Part shown: one piece after another, positions 20,214-28,322 of the stretch
Position numbering within the stretch: position 1 is the first letter of the stretch
Layout: each line of letters opens with the position of its first letter
From: Candidatus Shapirobacteria bacterium
GTDB lineage: Bacteria > Patescibacteriota > Microgenomatia > UBA12405
Direction: 5' to 3'
DNA length: 64,000 nucleotides
NCBI GenBank assembly: GCA_041665485.1
Contig: JBAYIT010000001.1
Coordinates: forward strand, 8,651-72,650
Notes under the pieces: generated by a model
Databases searched by the model: none
The model's input: only the letters and a program-made list of their open reading frames with translations
Told to the model about the DNA's origin: nothing
Position numbers and translations under genes: made by a program

Positions 20214-20416
20214 TTTTTTCTGAAGGACCGGCAAGAAATTGGAGAACAAGACAACAGAGGTATTTGTTAAAAGCAGAGATTTGTGACAATTGCAGTAAGG
20301 CCATATTCCCGCCAAGGGATGTCTGCCCACATTGCGCCGAGATTAAGATGAGGGATATTATTCTCTGGCAAGGTTTACTAGAAATTCAAGTGAGGCCGAC
20401 AGAGAATCAAGGTTAG
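20189..20416 (+). CDS. Small zinc-ribbon protein (DUF35_N-like)
   Basis: CDNC...CPHC rubredoxin-like ribbon. Short and overlapping both neighbours. Confidence 0.2.
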   Translation: MGMEGEEMIFSEGPARNWRTRQQRYLLKAEICDNCSKAIFPPRDVCPHCAEIKMRDIILWQGLLEIQVRPTENQG

Positions 20417-21527
20417 CAAATTCGTTGGGGGCATGGAAATTGTCGCCAGTGGGGCCAAAGCCGGCAATAGTAGGAATCCCCTTCTTGATTAACATATAAC
20501 TTTCGTTAATCGGCCCGGAGCCTTTAATAATCGGTTTAATGCCAAAGGTCTGGTAATTTAATTTGGCGACAGCCTTAATAAATGGATCTTTGGGGTTTGA
20601 GAGAGCGGCGGGGACACTGTTTTTGATAATGATTTCAAAATGGCGTTTGGGAGTGGTTAATTTTTTGATAATGGCATTGATTTTGGTAATAATATTTTCG
20701 GCCGGAGTGTTGGGGAGAAGACGGATGTCGTAAAAAATTTTGGCAGTGTCGGGAACAAGGGACTCGCCCGATCCCCCGTCGATTAAAGTCGGAGTGGCAA
20801 TGGTTTTATAGCCGGGAAAATAGCGATGACGGGCGGGAAATTTAATTTTAGTAAATTCTTTTATAAACTCTAATAAACCTTCGATGGCGCTTTCGCCCTT
20901 AAGGCGCTCTTGCCATTCTTTGGAGCCACTGTGGGCGGCTTGCCCAAGGCATTTAAGCCAAAAACGGAGAACACCACGATGGCCGATATTGAGAGAATCA
21001 TGCTGGGAGTTGCCCCCGTAAGTGTAAATGGCGGCCTTAGCATTAAGGCCAAGAGTTAAAAGATGACGGAGGCCAAAATCAGAATCGCCGGCAATTTCTT
21101 CGTCGGCAACAGCAACAACTTTGACCAGATTGGGGTGGCCAAGGTCGGTAAGAATTTTTAAGATATAAAGATTGAGAGCGACACCGCCTTTGCAATCAAT
21201 GGCACCACGGCCAAAGATTTTGTTGTCAGTAATAGTGCCGGAAAAGGGCGAATGGGTCCATTTGGCAGGGTCACCAGCGGTAACAGTATCGGTGTGAGCA
21301 ACCAGTAAAAGCTCTTTATTTGAACTAAAACTTTGTCCAATAAAAATATTGGGGTGACGAGGATCTTTGGCAATAATTTTGTAAGGCAAATTAAGTTTTT
21401 TGGCTTCGGTGGCGATGACATCAACAACAGCCACTTCACTATCTTGGCCATTGACCGACGGGGCTTGAATGAGTTTTTGAAGGAAGTTGGTGAGGTCGGG
21501 GAGGTATTTGGAATAGTCGATCTCCAT
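20358..21527 (-). CDS. M20-family metallopeptidase (ArgE/DapE-like); start trimmed to MEIDYSKYL
   Basis: HTDTV, GRGAIDCKGG and ADEE metal-binding motifs. The 116-codon N-terminal extension in the raw ORF is low-complexity and overlaps the divergent gene. Confidence 0.75.
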   Translation of the reverse strand: MEIDYSKYLPDLTNFLQKLIQAPSVNGQDSEVAVVDVIATEAKKLNLPYKIIAKDPRHPNIFIGQSFSSNKELLLVAHTDTVTAGDPAKWTHSPFSGTITDNKIFGRGAIDCKGGVALNLYILKILTDLGHPNLVKVVAVADEEIAGDSDFGLRHLLTLGLNAKAAIYTYGGNSQHDSLNIGHRGVLRFWLKCLGQAAHSGSKEWQERLKGESAIEGLLEFIKEFTKIKFPARHRYFPGYKTIATPTLIDGGSGESLVPDTAKIFYDIRLLPNTPAENIITKINAIIKKLTTPKRHFEIIIKNSVPAALSNPKDPFIKAVAKLNYQTFGIKPIIKGSGPINESYMLIKKGIPTIAGFGPTGDNFHAPNEFANLDSLSASLEFLVNLARE

Positions 21528-21555
21528 GCTTGGATTATAACGATATAATACAGAC

Positions 21556-22161
21556 ATGAGGAAGATAATTGTGGTGACGGGATTGGGGGATGACGGCAAG
21601 GCGACAGCATTGGCAACAGTGGGATGGAAAAAATTAGAGTTGAGGCCGATTGTTTTTGTGCCTAAGTGGGAAAATAAGGAGGGGTTGGAATCAAAGTTGG
21701 CCAAATTATTGGAAATAATTGATAAGGAAAGTAAAACCGAAAAAATATTTTTATTAGGGATAAGTGCCGGGGCTAGTTTGGCAATGAATGCATTTATGCA
21801 AAGACTAGACAGATTGGAAAAGTTGGTAAGTGTGTGCGGAAGGTTAAGATTCGGCTGGTCGAGGGATAAAATCAAAAGGAAATTACAGGAAAATACTTTG
21901 AGTTATCTGGCCTTTAGAGAATCAGTGGAAATGCTAGAAAAAAATATCAAATATTTAGGAAAAGTTGATAGGAGAAGAATTATGACAGTGAGCGCTAAGT
22001 TTGGGGATGAAATGATTCCGAGAGGAACATCACAGTTGCCGGGGGCAAAAAATATTTTGATACCAACTATCGGACACTTGTTGTCGATTTTGTCGGCGAT
22101 GACAGCTAATTTCGAGCCAATTAGGAAGTTTTTGGTGGGAGAAAGTTCTGGCTTGGATTGA
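21556..22161 (+). CDS. Alpha/beta-hydrolase-fold-like protein (GxSxG), paralog A
   Basis: Nucleophile elbow GISAG. Clear paralogy with 23848-24531. Confidence 0.5.
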   Translation: MRKIIVVTGLGDDGKATALATVGWKKLELRPIVFVPKWENKEGLESKLAKLLEIIDKESKTEKIFLLGISAGASLAMNAFMQRLDRLEKLVSVCGRLRFGWSRDKIKRKLQENTLSYLAFRESVEMLEKNIKYLGKVDRRRIMTVSAKFGDEMIPRGTSQLPGAKNILIPTIGHLLSILSAMTANFEPIRKFLVGESSGLD

Positions 22162-22171
22162 TGTTTTCAAC

Positions 22172-22205
22172 TGGTCACAAAATGTGACCAACTGATTTTT
22201 ATCTT
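22172..22205 (+). terminator. Rho-independent terminator
   Basis: 8-bp stem TGGTCACA/TGTGACCA with AAA loop, followed by a T-rich tract, 11 nt after the stop of 21556-22161. Confidence 0.45.
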
Positions 22206-22273
22206 ATTTTAGACATTTTATTCTGCTTGATGAAACGAAGAGGAAGTCTAATTGGGAAAATTGAAATTAATAG

Positions 22274-22858
22274 ATGAGACAATTGGTAGTGAAAACCGTT
22301 AAGGAAGAACATTTCTGTTTGGATATAGGTGATTTCCCAATAGATAAATATTTCCAAAAAGGAATTGACAAGGGTAAGAGAATGTTAATTGTGGGTGAAT
22401 CACCGGCTGAAAATGGATGGCGAAAATCTGGAAAAGCCTTTTATTCACCAGAAGGAAAACTATTGACAACTGGAAAGAGATTAAATGAGTTGTTGGATAT
22501 ATTTGATTTGGATGTCAGTAAATGCGGATTTACCGAATTGTCAAAATGTTTTATTGGCAACAACAGAAAAATCTTGGGTAGTTGTTGCAAAAAATGTTGG
22601 CCTATATTTGAGAAGCAAGTGGATAATGGGGATTTTCACTTGATAATTACCTTGGGTGTTATACCGGCCCAAATCATTGGAGACATTTTAGGAGAAGCGA
22701 TTGAAATGGGCATTTTGAAAGAAATAGAAATTAGAAATAGGCAAATTAAACTACTGCCGATTTACCACCCTTCTCCTGCCAACCCTTTCGGAAGGGAGAA
22801 GAACAGAAAGATTTTTGATAGGTACGATAAAGAAATAAGAAACCTTGTCTTAGGATAA
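22274..22858 (+). CDS. Uracil-DNA glycosylase superfamily protein (family 4/5-like)
   Basis: GESPAENG motif-A analogue, C-terminal HPSPAN motif-B analogue, and four Cys. Confidence 0.6.
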   Translation: MRQLVVKTVKEEHFCLDIGDFPIDKYFQKGIDKGKRMLIVGESPAENGWRKSGKAFYSPEGKLLTTGKRLNELLDIFDLDVSKCGFTELSKCFIGNNRKILGSCCKKCWPIFEKQVDNGDFHLIITLGVIPAQIIGDILGEAIEMGILKEIEIRNRQIKLLPIYHPSPANPFGREKNRKIFDRYDKEIRNLVLG

Positions 22859-22968
22859 TTTTGTAATGAGAGACCGACGATATTGGAAGGAAGTCAAGAT
22901 TACAACTTAATTATGACATGTTTTGGGTTGAATAAGGAGATTAAAAGAATAGGAGTAAAATATCAGGA

Positions 22969-23625
22969 ATGAATACCAAATATCGGCAAAAAATACTAAC
23001 TTTAACCAAAAATTATCGTGACAAACTAAATAAAAAGGATTTCAGCCACGATAGCGATCACTTTTTTAGGGTTGAAAGATTGGCAAAATTGATTGCTGAA
23101 CAAGAGGGGGCTGACATGGAAATCATTGAAGCTTCAAGTTTGATTCTTGATATTGCCAGAGACATGGAAGATATGGGAAAAGTCGAGGATCATGCAGAGG
23201 AAGGTGTAAATATTGCACGTAAAGTTCTTAAAGAAATTAATTTCCCTGCGGATAAAATTGAAAAAGTTTGTCATGCAATTTTTGTTCACCGAAGAAGTAA
23301 GGGTAGGGTAGCGGAAACAATTGAAGCAAAAATTTTAAGTGATGCGGATTTGTTAGACGCCATGGGGGCAATAGACGTAGCCAGATCGATTTCAAGCTCT
23401 TTACAAACCAAAAAATATAAGCGGCCAATTTACATCGATAAACCGTTCGAAACCGGTGATGGTGGTATTTCGGCTATTCACTTTATGATTTATCAATTGA
23501 AACATGAAAAACATCAACCAAGTAATTTCTTTACAAAAATGGGCAAGGAATTAGCTAAAGGAAGATATAAATTTATGAAAGAATATGTCGAAAGATTTAT
23601 TGATGAATGGCACGGAACGAAATAA
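22969..23625 (+). CDS. HD-domain phosphohydrolase
   Basis: H..HD...R pattern (DSDHFFRVERL) and a downstream H/D. Confidence 0.65.
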   Translation: MNTKYRQKILTLTKNYRDKLNKKDFSHDSDHFFRVERLAKLIAEQEGADMEIIEASSLILDIARDMEDMGKVEDHAEEGVNIARKVLKEINFPADKIEKVCHAIFVHRRSKGRVAETIEAKILSDADLLDAMGAIDVARSISSSLQTKKYKRPIYIDKPFETGDGGISAIHFMIYQLKHEKHQPSNFFTKMGKELAKGRYKFMKEYVERFIDEWHGTK

Positions 23626-23699
23626 GTGGTGAGTCCCGAGTGGCCCACCTTCGCCAAGGCTACGGCGGGTAAAAGAGTCGAATCCGACTGAGTTTATTG

Positions 23700-23770
23700 A
23701 GTCCCGGGTGGGAGTTGAACCCACCTGAACGGTTTTGCAGACCGCTGTATAACCGCTTTACTACCGGGAC
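23700..23770 (-). tRNA. tRNA-Cys (GCA)
   Basis: Manual cloverleaf on the minus strand: acceptor GTCCCGG/CCGGGAC, D-arm GTA/TAC, anticodon stem GCGGT/ACCGT, loop CTGCAAA, T-arm GTGGG-TTCAACT-CCCAC, discriminator T. No encoded CCA. Confidence 0.8.
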
Positions 23771-23847
23771 ATTAAACTGTCTTTGATGCGTAATTTTAAT
23801 GCATTTCGAGTGTTTTCGCCAGACTTTAGAAACAATTGAGGTAAAAT

Positions 23848-24531
23848 TTGTGTATGAACAATATAATTATTGCAGGCCTGATTTTGTTTTTATTTGCCTT
23901 TTTATTGACAATTGTCATAAAAAGAAACAATAGTGCATTAAAGTCTAGTAATAGTACCGTCATAATTGTCCTAGGATTAGGAGATAACCGAGAATCAAAA
24001 GTGGTGACTTACTTGTGGAAAGAACAGAGAATCAAAGTTGTATTTTTTCAAACAAACTGGAAGAGTGATGAAAATTATCAAGACAAACTAAATAGATTGT
24101 TAGTGTTAATTGACAGAGAGGCTAAATTGAACAGGGTATCATTGGTAGGGACGAGCGCGGGTGGAAGTATGGTTATAAACGCATACGCTCTAAGAAAAAA
24201 TACTGTTAATAAGATGGTTACGGTATGTTCTCGTCTAAAAAAAGGTCAAATTAAAGGATTTCGTGGATTTGAGGAAAGAACAAAAGGTTATCCGGCTTTT
24301 CGGGATTCAGTGATTTTGGCAGAAGAAGTTGAGAAATCATTTTCTGAAAATGATAGGCAAAAAATAATGACGGTACATTCGTTGCTGGGCGACGAATTAG
24401 TGCCTACTAATACAGCAATCATCGATGGGGCGAAAAATATAGTCGTGCCACTTGGAGAACATATGGTTAGTATCGCTTCTAGTTTAACGATATTTTCAAA
24501 ACCACTGGTAGAATTTATGGTTTCAAACTGA
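23848..24531 (+). CDS. Alpha/beta-hydrolase-fold-like protein (GxSxG), paralog B, with N-terminal TM
   Basis: GTSAG elbow. Alignable along its length with 21556-22161. Confidence 0.5.
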   Translation: MCMNNIIIAGLILFLFAFLLTIVIKRNNSALKSSNSTVIIVLGLGDNRESKVVTYLWKEQRIKVVFFQTNWKSDENYQDKLNRLLVLIDREAKLNRVSLVGTSAGGSMVINAYALRKNTVNKMVTVCSRLKKGQIKGFRGFEERTKGYPAFRDSVILAEEVEKSFSENDRQKIMTVHSLLGDELVPTNTAIIDGAKNIVVPLGEHMVSIASSLTIFSKPLVEFMVSN

Positions 24532-24562
24532 CCACCACAAATGATACGAGTCGTCCTATTTT

Positions 24563-25558
24563 TTATTTCTTCTCGGCGCTGATGAGAACCATGAAGCCGT
24601 TGAGAGAGCGGACACAGGCGTGGGTGTAGATTTTGTTTAAAATGGCCGAATCTTTGGCTTGAGACCAGGTGGTAGCAATATCAATAGCAGAAGTGGTTGG
24701 TTCGAGGTTGAAGATATTTTCGCCGACGTGATTATAGCCGGTAAAATAAGTTCTGGAAGTTTGAGCATCAGCCATATCTTCGTAAAAGCCCTTGGAATCG
24801 TCATATTTACCAAAGTCGTTAATTTGAGAAAGCCGACGTTGGCTATAGGCACAGAGTTTTTGATCAACTAAAAATGGCTTTAATTTAGCCACAGTACGAA
24901 CTTCATTAAGTCGGTCAAAAACTTCTTGATTAAGGCTGTCTAGTTCAGACTGGGTTTGAGTAGGAAGAACTTCTTTGAATTCTTTTTTGATTTCGGGAAG
25001 AACTTGTTTTTTGAAAGTATCGGAATTCTTAAGAGCCAAACCCATGCCGAGAGCGGCTAGGGCACCACCAATAACAAGAATGGAGGGCAAAATCAGAAAA
25101 ATCGAAGAGAGGAAAAGTCTACGTTTGTTGTCGGTTTTAATTACTAGGGTGTGAGCAATTTTGTCATGCCAACCTTGCTTGCGACGATCAAAAGCGGCGG
25201 AGAGAAACCCGAGCATAAAAATTGAGGAGACGAGATAGCCGATGTAACGAAGGACACCGGTATTGACATCAATAGGACTGCCGTCTTCTTTAACAACTTT
25301 TAAACCCATGGCTCTTTTACCCAAAGTTTGGCCATTTTGTTTGGACCAAAAATAGATGGCATAAAGAGCAGAAATAAGCATGCTGGGAGCAAAAGAGGTG
25401 AAGTTAAAATCTTTACCGGTGGAGATAAAACTAAAGGAGACTGATCCAATAATCAGACCAATGATAACCCCGTCAATCATGTTGGCAACGTAGCGTTTCC
25501 AAAAACCGCCATAGCCAAACTCGGAAACAAAGGAATCTTGGGACATTTTTGTTTTCAT
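24563..25558 (-). CDS. RDD-family membrane protein fused to a C-terminal CAP (SCP/PR-1-like) domain
   Basis: N-terminus GFWKRYVANMIDGVIIG is RDD. C-terminus GENI...HACVRS is CAP-like. Confidence 0.55.
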   Translation of the reverse strand: MKTKMSQDSFVSEFGYGGFWKRYVANMIDGVIIGLIIGSVSFSFISTGKDFNFTSFAPSMLISALYAIYFWSKQNGQTLGKRAMGLKVVKEDGSPIDVNTGVLRYIGYLVSSIFMLGFLSAAFDRRKQGWHDKIAHTLVIKTDNKRRLFLSSIFLILPSILVIGGALAALGMGLALKNSDTFKKQVLPEIKKEFKEVLPTQTQSELDSLNQEVFDRLNEVRTVAKLKPFLVDQKLCAYSQRRLSQINDFGKYDDSKGFYEDMADAQTSRTYFTGYNHVGENIFNLEPTTSAIDIATTWSQAKDSAILNKIYTHACVRSLNGFMVLISAEKK

Positions 25559-25561
25559 GGA

Positions 25562-27280
25562 CTATTTTACCAATAATCCACCCCATTCGACTAGGGTGAA
25601 GCCGGTGCGGGCGGGAGCGGAGAGTTTTTGAGGAACTAAATCAACTGGTTTTTCCAAAGGAGCAAAATCAAGAAAAACCCGAATGGCCGTATCTGGCCGA
25701 GGAGAAACAGCCAAAGGCGCTAATTGATTCATCTCAACAGTGGTTAACCAAGTAAGACGAGTGTAGGCACTGGTAGGTAATTTTGACTGCCAGAATTCCA
25801 AAAAGTCGGCGGTTTCCTGCTGATTTAAACCGAGTTGGGAGAGGTGAGAAACAATAGTGGGAATTAAATCTTTTTTAGCCACCACAAATCCCCTGCCAGA
25901 AATGTCAGGATAGAGACCATGGCCCAGGCCTTCCCAAAAAAGTGAGGGGTAAGTTTGACCTTGATAATCAAGCTGGCCGTTTTTATGAGCCAAAACTGTC
26001 CAGCCATTTTGCGGATAAAGAGGTTCGGACTTAGTAATATCGGCGCCAACTTTGACAGTGACAGTGGTGTCGGTTTTGGGGTAAAGATAAATAACCGGCT
26101 TGCCACATTCGGCTTGTGGCCGATAGTCTTCATTGGAATAGATCTGCCAGTCACCCAAAGAGTCCCTAAAAAGAAAATGAGTCTTTTTAGTGAAAAAATC
26201 AGCATTAGAAAGGCTAGACTGATCTGTTTTGTCCATCAAATACGTTTTGTAAAGATGGGCAATAACTGGGTCGTCTGGACTGGAGAATGCATAAATGTCT
26301 AAAGTTTTGTTGATAAAGCTTAGAGTGCCAGCCTTAGTTAACCGATTGGGTAAATTTTCGTCAGTAAAAACATTACCCACTTCCGAACCACACCCACCAG
26401 TATTTCTCAAACCACTGGTAAACAGTGAAGAGTTTTTCTGCCCATCGTTCCACTTAATATCTGGTAGGCGATCATCGCCCATAATTTGGGGGTTATAAGA
26501 GTAGGTGGTAATAGTGTTGTCTTTAAGTTTTAAGTTGAATTGGCGATAAAACACGTCTTTTAGTTGAACGTATTCCTTTCCGTAATTTAAGTAAGTGGCA
26601 TAAATAGGTCCATATTCTGTGTCTGTAATAAGCTTCGGTTTATTTTTCTGAAGCTCGGTTATATCAGATGAGTTTCTGGCTGGTAAAAAAAGAGTACCAA
26701 TATTTAAATCGACGGTTTCCGGAGATACGATGCCATTAATTTGAGAGGTAAAAGCCTTGACTTCAGGATTGATCAGGACCAATAATTCATTATCGTAATT
26801 TCCGTCAGGTGAATAAATTCTAATTCCGCCACTCTGGTCAACAATGAATCTAAACAGGCTTTGATATGTTGCCATCCCGCACAGGTAATTTATATACATG
26901 TTGTAAAGTTTGGAGCCACTAGAAAATTCGGCGGTTTGGTGAAACTTTGCTGTCTTCGGATCGTAGCAAACTCCATCTGTGGGTAAGTTGGGACGAAATA
27001 CAGAAAGTTTGGCTACCTTTGGAAAAGACAACCATGTCGCACTTCCTAAATCAGAATTATCGATTTTTATTAATTCTGACGGTTGGGGTTGCTGAGATGG
27101 GATGATGGAGACTTCAGGAATAGTTGAAGTTGGCCCCATGGCGGGTGGAATAGAGGGAGTGGGGACGACGGAGGCGAGGGAGCGGTAACGGAGATAGAAA
27201 AAGATAGAGGAAGAAATGGCGGACAAAATAATAGTGGCAATGGCACCACCGAGGAGGGCGAATTTGAAGTTATTGGACAT
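25562..27280 (-). CDS. Large membrane-anchored extracytoplasmic protein of unknown function
   Basis: N-terminal TM, 572 aa. No motif recognised. Confidence 0.4.
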   Translation of the reverse strand: MSNNFKFALLGGAIATIILSAISSSIFFYLRYRSLASVVPTPSIPPAMGPTSTIPEVSIIPSQQPQPSELIKIDNSDLGSATWLSFPKVAKLSVFRPNLPTDGVCYDPKTAKFHQTAEFSSGSKLYNMYINYLCGMATYQSLFRFIVDQSGGIRIYSPDGNYDNELLVLINPEVKAFTSQINGIVSPETVDLNIGTLFLPARNSSDITELQKNKPKLITDTEYGPIYATYLNYGKEYVQLKDVFYRQFNLKLKDNTITTYSYNPQIMGDDRLPDIKWNDGQKNSSLFTSGLRNTGGCGSEVGNVFTDENLPNRLTKAGTLSFINKTLDIYAFSSPDDPVIAHLYKTYLMDKTDQSSLSNADFFTKKTHFLFRDSLGDWQIYSNEDYRPQAECGKPVIYLYPKTDTTVTVKVGADITKSEPLYPQNGWTVLAHKNGQLDYQGQTYPSLFWEGLGHGLYPDISGRGFVVAKKDLIPTIVSHLSQLGLNQQETADFLEFWQSKLPTSAYTRLTWLTTVEMNQLAPLAVSPRPDTAIRVFLDFAPLEKPVDLVPQKLSAPARTGFTLVEWGGLLVK

Positions 27281-28319
27281 AAGTTAGTGTACCAGTATTT
27301 AAATCGATTTTAAATTTAGGGTTGGAAAGATGAGGCGAGAGAAGAGATTTGAGTGAGTCTTTTTTGGCTTGGCCTATTTGAAAGAAAGTTTGATTATTTT
27401 TGGTAAAAATGGGAAGAAAAATTAAAGTGACTTTTGACTTGTCAATGGTGCCGGCAGTGACAAAATTGGGGGGAATTGAGAAAGGCGGAGGAATGGGTGA
27501 CTTTTTTAATTCTGTGCCGTAAAAGAAACGTTCACCAAGACTGGTTAAATTATCCGATTGGGAGATTGGCGGAGAAGACATAAAAGTAGTGGAGCGGTCG
27601 GGAAAAAGATTTGGCAAGAGCGAGAAGGAATAAGAGCCAAAAATGTGAGTGGTGGTTTCGGCATCAAAATTGTTAGCGAGAATTCCAGAATTGGTGTGGG
27701 CAAACAAGTGCCATTTTTTAATATTTTTTTGCAGGGCGTAATTAATTAGGAAATAAAGAGACTGGGGACTATCGACTTCGGCCTGTTGAATAAGTTTGGG
27801 ATCAAGATTATTTAGGGCTTTAAGAGTAAAACGGTCATGGACATTAGCAAGAGTGGCCGGGAGGTAGTGGGAAAAATCAACAGAGGCGAGGAGGAGACAG
27901 TTTTTTTGACAAATTTTAGCCACTTGGGAAATTAAGGGGTCGAGTTTGGAAAAAGAATACTTTTGGCCGATTAAAATGGGAAAAATTTGGGCGTTGGGCC
28001 AAACACTTTTGATATCTGGTAAGAGATTGTAAATAGTGTGATCGTTTCTAACGATGCCATTATTAAGATTTAGGTAGGGCGAAAGTTTAGTTTCTAGACC
28101 TTTGGCAAAATCGATTTGGGAATTAACTAATTGCCAATTGAGGTTGCCGTAAGAAGTCGATTTTTGGTAAGGAGAAAAGTGATCAGGACCAATGATAATG
28201 ATCGTTTCGACATTGGGATTTTGGCGGACAATTTGGGTGAGGTAGTCAAGACGGAGATTTTTGACCAGATTATGGTGGGGGACAACAAGGGCAAAGACGG
28301 CAGTTAATAAACCAAACAT
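27270..28319 (-). CDS. Memo-like / AmmeMemoRadiSam system protein B-like
   Basis: VVPHH...IIIIGPDHFS arrangement typical of the Memo1 family. Confidence 0.45.
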   Translation of the reverse strand: MFGLLTAVFALVVPHHNLVKNLRLDYLTQIVRQNPNVETIIIIGPDHFSPYQKSTSYGNLNWQLVNSQIDFAKGLETKLSPYLNLNNGIVRNDHTIYNLLPDIKSVWPNAQIFPILIGQKYSFSKLDPLISQVAKICQKNCLLLASVDFSHYLPATLANVHDRFTLKALNNLDPKLIQQAEVDSPQSLYFLINYALQKNIKKWHLFAHTNSGILANNFDAETTTHIFGSYSFSLLPNLFPDRSTTFMSSPPISQSDNLTSLGERFFYGTELKKSPIPPPFSIPPNFVTAGTIDKSKVTLIFLPIFTKNNQTFFQIGQAKKDSLKSLLSPHLSNPKFKIDLNTGTLTYVQ

Positions 28320-28322
28320 GGT

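Noticed and set aside
20358-21875. 505-aa version of the M20 peptidase ORF
   Set aside because: The first 116 codons are low-complexity (Ser/Leu/Asn-rich), precede the conserved peptidase N-terminus (MEIDYSKYL...APSVNGQ) and overlap the divergent gene at 21556. The start was trimmed to 21527.
23626-23699. Possible second tRNA or structured RNA between the HD gene stop and tRNA-Cys (GC-rich palindromic stretch gtggtgagtcccgagtggcccacc, and hairpin AGTCG-AATC-CGACT)
   Set aside because: No consistent cloverleaf could be built on either strand (no acceptor/T-arm pairing). More likely terminator-type hairpins or a degraded tRNA remnant.
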